Source of the DNA: Fidelibacterota bacterium
GTDB lineage: Bacteria > Fidelibacterota > Marinisomatia > Marinisomatales > Marinisomataceae
DNA: 64,000 bases
Reading direction: 5' to 3'
Assembly (NCBI GenBank): GCA_018672235.1
Contig: JABHGE010000003.1
Location: forward strand, 3,699 to 67,698
In this document: positions 60,708-64,000 of the stretch, in pieces
Position numbering within the stretch: position 1 is the stretch's first letter
How the letters are laid out: every line of letters begins with the position of its first letter
Notes under the pieces: generated by a model
Seen by the model: only the letters and a program-made list of their open reading frames with translations
What the model was told of the DNA's origin: nothing
Databases searched by the model: none
Program-made: the position numbers and the translations under genes

Positions 60708-60733
60708 AAAAGGGCTCAAAAATTGAGCCCTTT
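60708..60733 (-). terminator. hairpin terminator after the miniprotein pair (bidirectional shape)
   Basis: AAAGGGCTCAA pairs with TTGAGCCCTTT around a 4-nt loop. It has an A-tract on one side and a T-tract on the other. It lies 34 nt below the stop of the 60767-60979 gene. A TATAAT (60692-60697, minus strand) for the amidase gene follows. Confidence 0.65.
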
Positions 60734-60766
60734 TTATTTTAAGTCAATGTAGAGTTTACTAGAAGA

Positions 60767-60979
60767 TTATTTCTTCATCCACCCCGCAACAATCATTACT
60801 GCAACTAAGCCAGCAATGCCGCCGTCACCAATCATAGCTACTGCATTGCCAATACCCGCGATAACACCAAATACGTCATCATACAAAATACCGATAATAG
60901 TTCCAGCAACAACAACCTGTGTCAGTAAGCCTGTTAGTGAGCTTAAAGTATCATTGATTTGTTTAAATGCATTTTTCAT
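60767..60979 (-). CDS. glycine-rich two-helix membrane miniprotein, paralog B (unknown family)
   Basis: 70 aa from the ATG at 60979. The ORF-track TTG at 60994 would bury the SD. GGAGGA lies 7 nt upstream. The sequence is MKNAFKQINDTLSSLTGLL-TM-DDVFGVIAGIGNAVAMIGDGG-TM-WMKK. It aligns to the neighbouring ORF without gaps. Confidence 0.55.
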   Translation of the reverse strand: MKNAFKQINDTLSSLTGLLTQVVVAGTIIGILYDDVFGVIAGIGNAVAMIGDGGIAGLVAVMIVAGWMKK

Positions 60980-61005
60980 TTGTTTGTCCTCCAAACTTTT
61001 AATTT

Positions 61006-61044
61006 ATAAGAGCTCCGCACTAATGTATGGAGCTCTTATTTTTC
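61006..61044. other. intercistronic hairpin between the two miniprotein genes
   Basis: ATAAGAGCTCC (61006-61016) pairs with GGAGCTCTTAT (61029-61039) as an 11-bp stem around a 12-nt loop. A T-run follows on the plus strand and a U/A-rich tract on the minus strand. Confidence 0.5.
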
Positions 61045-61067
61045 TGTTAGTACAATACGGTTCTATA

Positions 61068-61274
61068 TTATAGCCATGACAAAAAGACTACTAATACTAG
61101 CAATCCTGTAACGCCACCGTTTAGAAAAGTATCAACTAAATTCATAATTCCACCAAGTGGGTCCATTCCTGTTGGATATAGTATGTTAGCAAACACAAAA
61201 AATATTACTGCTGCTTTTACTACACCTGTTAAACCACTTAACGTACTCGTAATTACTGAATCCCATGAAGCCAT
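61068..61274 (-). CDS. glycine-rich two-helix membrane miniprotein, paralog A (unknown family)
   Basis: 68 aa with AAGGAGG 6 nt upstream of the ATG. The sequence is MASWDSVITSTLSGLTGVV-TM-PTGMDPLGGIMNLVDTFLNGG-TM-SWL. Confidence 0.55.
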   Translation of the reverse strand: MASWDSVITSTLSGLTGVVKAAVIFFVFANILYPTGMDPLGGIMNLVDTFLNGGVTGLLVLVVFLSWL

Positions 61275-61306
61275 GTTATTCCTCCTTGATTAGTTATTAA
61301 CTAGTT

Positions 61307-61348
61307 AAAAAAAAGGTAAAACGCCACTTAATTCAGTGGATTTTTACC
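61307..61348 (-). terminator. terminator-like hairpin plus U8 inside the 5' region of the miniprotein operon
   Basis: The minus strand reads GGTAAAAA-TCCACT-GAATTA-AGTGG-CG-TTTTACC followed by TTTTTTTT (plus-strand A8 at 61307-61314). It lies only about 20 nt upstream of the SD of the 61274 gene. Confidence 0.55.
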
Positions 61349-61405
61349 CCCATTATTAATCATGTCAATATGATTAAATCTTTTAAAAAAGTTATTTTTA
61401 TTCAT
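61328..61405 (-). other. candidate 25-codon leader ORF (MNKNNFFKRFNHIDMINNGGKNPLN)
   Basis: The ATG at 61405 is 9 nt after a TATAAT, which makes it a leaderless-type start. The stop TAA (61330-61328) lies in the loop of the terminator-like hairpin. There is no SD. It is Asn-rich, but AAT is common in this genome. This call is speculative. Confidence 0.2.
61341..61368 (-). promoter_or_regulatory. alternative sigma70-like promoter overlapping the hairpin
   Basis: On the minus strand: TTGACA (61368-61363), a 16-bp spacer, then TAAAAA (61346-61341). A transcript from here would start inside the left arm of the hairpin. Confidence 0.35.
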
Positions 61406-61415
61406 CTTTTTTATA

Positions 61416-61444
61416 ATTATAGTCGCTTTTTGACCAGTAATCAA
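61416..61444 (-). promoter_or_regulatory. near-consensus sigma70-like promoter upstream of leader and miniprotein genes
   Basis: On the minus strand: TTGATT (61444-61439), a 17-bp spacer, then TATAAT (61421-61416). Confidence 0.45.
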
Positions 61445-61541
61445 GATTTTTATTAAAAATATTGTTTATGGAAAAAATGATTAATTCATTAAAATTGTCA
61501 TAGAAATATGTTATCTAACTACAATAGGAGTAGATTAGGAT

Positions 61542-62825
61542 ATGGAAAATTTGAACCATCCAATTATAGAAAAAATACATGCTAGACAGATATTAGATTC
61601 TAGGGGATTTCCGACGATAGAAGTAGAGGTTTGTGCTAGCGGAATTATAGGGAAAGCAGCGGTCCCTTCGGGAGCCTCTACCGGCAAATTTGAAGCTCTG
61701 GAGCTACGAGATCTTAATCAAAATAGGTTCCACGGAAAAGAAGTACGTACTGCTATTAATAATGTAATCAATGTTTTTCAACCTAAGTTAATTAACAAAA
61801 GAGCTGATAATCAGGTCGAAATAGACAACCTATTAATAAAAATTGATGGCACTAAAAACAAGAGTAATTATGGTGCTAATGCTATTTTGGGCATATCAAT
61901 GGCCTGCGCTGTAGTGTCCGCAAAATTTTATCAAAAACCATTGTATGCTTATTTAAATAGTGACAGTTCTATTATGCCGGTTCCAATGATTAATGTTCTA
62001 AATGGAGGAATGCATGCAGATAGAGGTTCTGATATTCAAGAAATTATGTTATTCCCCTATGGAACAACGTCTTTTTCAGAGTCAATTAGAATGGGTTCAG
62101 AAATATTTCATGAATTAAAAAATGAATTAAAAAACTTGGGTTTATCGACAACTGTTGGTGATGAGGGGGGGTTTGCTCCTCGGCTTAAATCAAATGAACA
62201 TGCAATAGAGCTGTTATTGGGTGCAATAGAAAAATCTAACTATAAGGCTGGGAAAGATGTATTTCTGACTTTAGATGTGGCCGCATCTAGCTTTTATAAA
62301 GATGGCCAATATAATCTCAAGATTGATAATAAAACTTTAGATGCCGATGGGATGATCAAATTTTATGACAATCTTATCAATCAATATCCAATCATATCCA
62401 TAGAAGATGGATTAGATGAAAATGACTGGCGTGGCTGGACAAGAATGACCGATGCTTTAGGTAAAAAAATTCAAGTTGTTGGAGACGATCTAACTGTAAC
62501 TAGTCCTGAAAAATTACAGAAAGCTGTTGGTGAAAATGCTATTAATAGTATTTTAATTAAATTAAATCAAATTGGTACTGTCTCAGAAACTATTGAGGCT
62601 ATTAACATAGCAAAACAGAATAATTATGATTTTATTATTTCTCATAGGTCGGGAGAAACTGAAGATACGTTTATTGCTGATCTTGCCGTGGCTATGGGTG
62701 GAGGTCAAATTAAAACTGGGTCTGTTTGTCGATCAGATCGTACTAGTAAGTATAACCAGCTGCTAAGAATTGAAGAAAGTTTAAAAAATCCTATATTTGG
62801 TAAGGATTTTTCGTTTATTAAATAA
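61542..62825 (+). CDS. eno: enolase (phosphopyruvate hydratase)
   Basis: 427 aa. It has ARQILDSRGFPTIEVEV, SHRSGETED and IKTGS..RSDRTSKYNQLLRIE. Confidence 0.95.
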   Translation: MENLNHPIIEKIHARQILDSRGFPTIEVEVCASGIIGKAAVPSGASTGKFEALELRDLNQNRFHGKEVRTAINNVINVFQPKLINKRADNQVEIDNLLIKIDGTKNKSNYGANAILGISMACAVVSAKFYQKPLYAYLNSDSSIMPVPMINVLNGGMHADRGSDIQEIMLFPYGTTSFSESIRMGSEIFHELKNELKNLGLSTTVGDEGGFAPRLKSNEHAIELLLGAIEKSNYKAGKDVFLTLDVAASSFYKDGQYNLKIDNKTLDADGMIKFYDNLINQYPIISIEDGLDENDWRGWTRMTDALGKKIQVVGDDLTVTSPEKLQKAVGENAINSILIKLNQIGTVSETIEAINIAKQNNYDFIISHRSGETEDTFIADLAVAMGGGQIKTGSVCRSDRTSKYNQLLRIEESLKNPIFGKDFSFIK

Positions 62826-62828
62826 TAT

Positions 62829-63113
62829 ATGATGAATCTTAAAGGCTTATCACTTACCAACATTCTATTCATGTGCCTATCTGTAGGGTGTGTGAGCTTA
62901 TTACTGTTTAGCGATCGCGGTTTTGTTAATCTTTGGCAGCTAAAAAAAGAAAAAATTGAAATCCAACAAGACATCAACTCTTTACGCAAACAAATTGCCT
63001 CACTTGAAAAAGAAGCAGAAAAACTAGAGTTTGATGAAAAATATATTGAAAAAATTGCCAGAGAAAAATTCAGGATGGTGAAGCCCGGTGAAAAAGTTTT
63101 TAAGGTTGAATAA
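62829..63113 (+). CDS. ftsB: septum formation initiator FtsB/DivIC family
   Basis: 94 aa with an N-terminal TM and a coiled coil. The terminal IEKIAREKFRMVKPGEKVFKV motif is present, and the conserved eno-ftsB synteny holds. Confidence 0.75.
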   Translation: MMNLKGLSLTNILFMCLSVGCVSLLLFSDRGFVNLWQLKKEKIEIQQDINSLRKQIASLEKEAEKLEFDEKYIEKIAREKFRMVKPGEKVFKVE

Positions 63114-63794
63114 TTAAGAAGATTTAAATATCTCTTTTGCCACACTAAATGATTTAATGTCCGGTAGATGATATCTAACTAAGTCTGATATAAAATTTGC
63201 CATAGTTTTTTTATCATAGGTGAAATCTATATTGATATTTTTTGTATTAATAAAATCAGAATAATATATTTCCTTTAGCTGGTCCTGCAGCTTAGCATCC
63301 TTCATAGCATATCTTCTAACAATAGGGTGTTCATCAGCATCAATAATATTATATCCCGTATTTTTTAAAAAATGTATGAGAAAAAAATAGAATGCATTAT
63401 TGTAACCGCGATCAGCTAAATCAAAATACTCTAATATATTTTTAATGAGATAGTATGTGTTCTGATCTGAGGTAGTTTCATCAAACCCTTTATCAATCAT
63501 TTCAAGCATAGATAGACACAAAACAGTTTTTCTAAGATCTGTATTGATATTATCCCAACCGTTTAAAACTTTAGAATCATATATTGGCTGTAGTTGTCTT
63601 TTATTGCTATGAACATAGTTCACCTCTACTTCATTCATTTGTTGATAGATAGCTTTAAGTGGAGATTTTTGTCGCATCGCAGCTTTAATGACATAAGAAG
63701 ACTTGCCTCTTTTTAATGTAAATAACCTAACAATGATACTTGATTCTTTAAATAGACTGGTTTTTAAAACAATACCCGGCGTAGAAATCCTCAT
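63114..63794 (-). CDS. recO: DNA repair protein RecO
   Basis: 226 aa. The N-terminal OB-fold pattern is TPGIVLKTSLFKESSIIVRLFT..G, followed by a helical C-terminal domain. Confidence 0.78.
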   Translation of the reverse strand: MRISTPGIVLKTSLFKESSIIVRLFTLKRGKSSYVIKAAMRQKSPLKAIYQQMNEVEVNYVHSNKRQLQPIYDSKVLNGWDNINTDLRKTVLCLSMLEMIDKGFDETTSDQNTYYLIKNILEYFDLADRGYNNAFYFFLIHFLKNTGYNIIDADEHPIVRRYAMKDAKLQDQLKEIYYSDFINTKNINIDFTYDKKTMANFISDLVRYHLPDIKSFSVAKEIFKSS

Positions 63795-64000
63795 TTTGGA
63801 ACTTCTATTTTACCCCAACCTTCATGAGCGAGGCTGCCAAAATATAAATGGTCATCATACTGCTTAACGCTTGTGATGGGAGAATAAGCATCTCTAGCAT
63901 CATACTGAAGATTGTGTAAAACATTGCCGCTAGCATCAATTCCCAAAACAAATGCATAAGGTTGTGGCTTAGGCTGTAAAAACTCTGGCAATCGCAAGGC
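63791..64000 (-). CDS. C-terminal fragment of an SMP-30/gluconolactonase/strictosidine-synthase-like beta-propeller protein (continues beyond window)
   Basis: The frame is open to the right window edge. The terminal blade pattern is GIDASGNVLHNLQYD...ITSVKQYDDHLYFGSL. Its stop overlaps the recO start. Confidence 0.5.
   Translation of the reverse strand, partial: ALRLPEFLQPKPQPYAFVLGIDASGNVLHNLQYDARDAYSPITSVKQYDDHLYFGSLAHEGWGKIEVPK

Noticed and set aside
59505-61274. Holin-endolysin lysis cassette or prophage remnant (two small membrane proteins followed by an amidase)
   Set aside because: The amidase has a signal peptide and an AMIN-like N-domain typical of housekeeping AmiC. It is separated from the small genes by a terminator and has its own TATAAT. 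It is followed by folC and rho. No other phage genes, integrase or att-like repeats are visible. I keep this only as one hypothesis for the miniproteins.
61275-61541. Replication origin at the divergent, AT-rich 267-bp intergenic region (strand switch from a 23-kb minus run to plus)
   Set aside because: I found no cluster of DnaA boxes, only one weak TCCAC-containing site. No dnaA, dnaN or gidA lies nearby. A convergent switch occurs only 23 kb away, and recO is again on the minus strand 1.5 kb to the right.
62705-63145. 146-aa ORF antisense to the end of eno and all of ftsB
   Set aside because: It fully overlaps two well-supported genes, and its composition is the mirror image of the coiled-coil coding strand. 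I recognise no motif.
1-64000. CRISPR arrays, IS elements, toxin-antitoxin pairs and known defence systems
   Set aside because: I saw no regularly spaced direct repeats, no transposase, integrase or recombinase motifs, and no small paired ORFs with TA-like features. The only non-coding gaps over 100 bp are the five at 7.0, 7.6, 21.5, 34.8-35.1 and 61.3-61.5 kb, all described above.

Overview
This is an AT-rich window (about 30% GC from hand counts of a few 60-nt lines). It is extremely gene-dense and looks like chromosome from a streamlined diderm bacterium, possibly a marine, FCB-like lineage, though I cannot place it from sequence alone. I call about 58 CDS, one tmRNA and one tRNA-Lys(UUU). 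Most gene junctions are 0-30 bp or are ATGA/TAATG overlaps.

Gene content, left to right:
- an OMF-MFP-RND efflux operon
- a Lon-N domain protein and a VOC protein
- an azurin-like cupredoxin lipoprotein next to an FTR1 iron permease
- Nudix and HAD genes, two SDRs, and an LptD-like giant outer-membrane protein
- hisS, topA, ccmH, glyQS and a BI-1-like gene
- a TonB-dependent receptor, gamma-glutamyltransferase and lipoprotein cluster
- a TPR protein, a PfkB kinase, mnmA, a GlmU N-domain-only gene, a LytR_C protein, rsfS and argS
- an amine-oxidase remnant, a GDPD gene, ssrA, tRNA-Lys and gcvP
- a 23-kb run of 20 minus-strand genes: carBA, an ABC-2 exporter, a PQQ sugar dehydrogenase, ligA, pepP, a B12-binding domain protein, dnaE, prmC, prfA, rpmE2, an aminotransferase, rho, folC, an amidase and two miniproteins
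- eno, ftsB, recO and a partial beta-propeller gene

I found no transposase, integrase, CRISPR array, prophage or recognisable defence system.

The least explained locus is 60.7-61.45 kb. It holds two tandem paralogous ~70-aa glycine-rich two-helix membrane miniproteins with the strongest Shine-Dalgarno sites in the window. They are bracketed by hairpins and preceded by a consensus promoter, a 25-codon leader ORF and a terminator-like hairpin.

Other items worth a second look:
- the cupredoxin/FTR1 pair, with a Fur-box-like operator and a Cys4 tail on the permease
- the TBDR-GGT-lipoprotein scavenging cluster, which has raised GC
- a 73-codon TAT-signal plus amine-oxidase C-terminus remnant
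- a stand-alone GlmU uridyltransferase domain

All functional calls rest on motifs I recognise by eye. No database search was possible.
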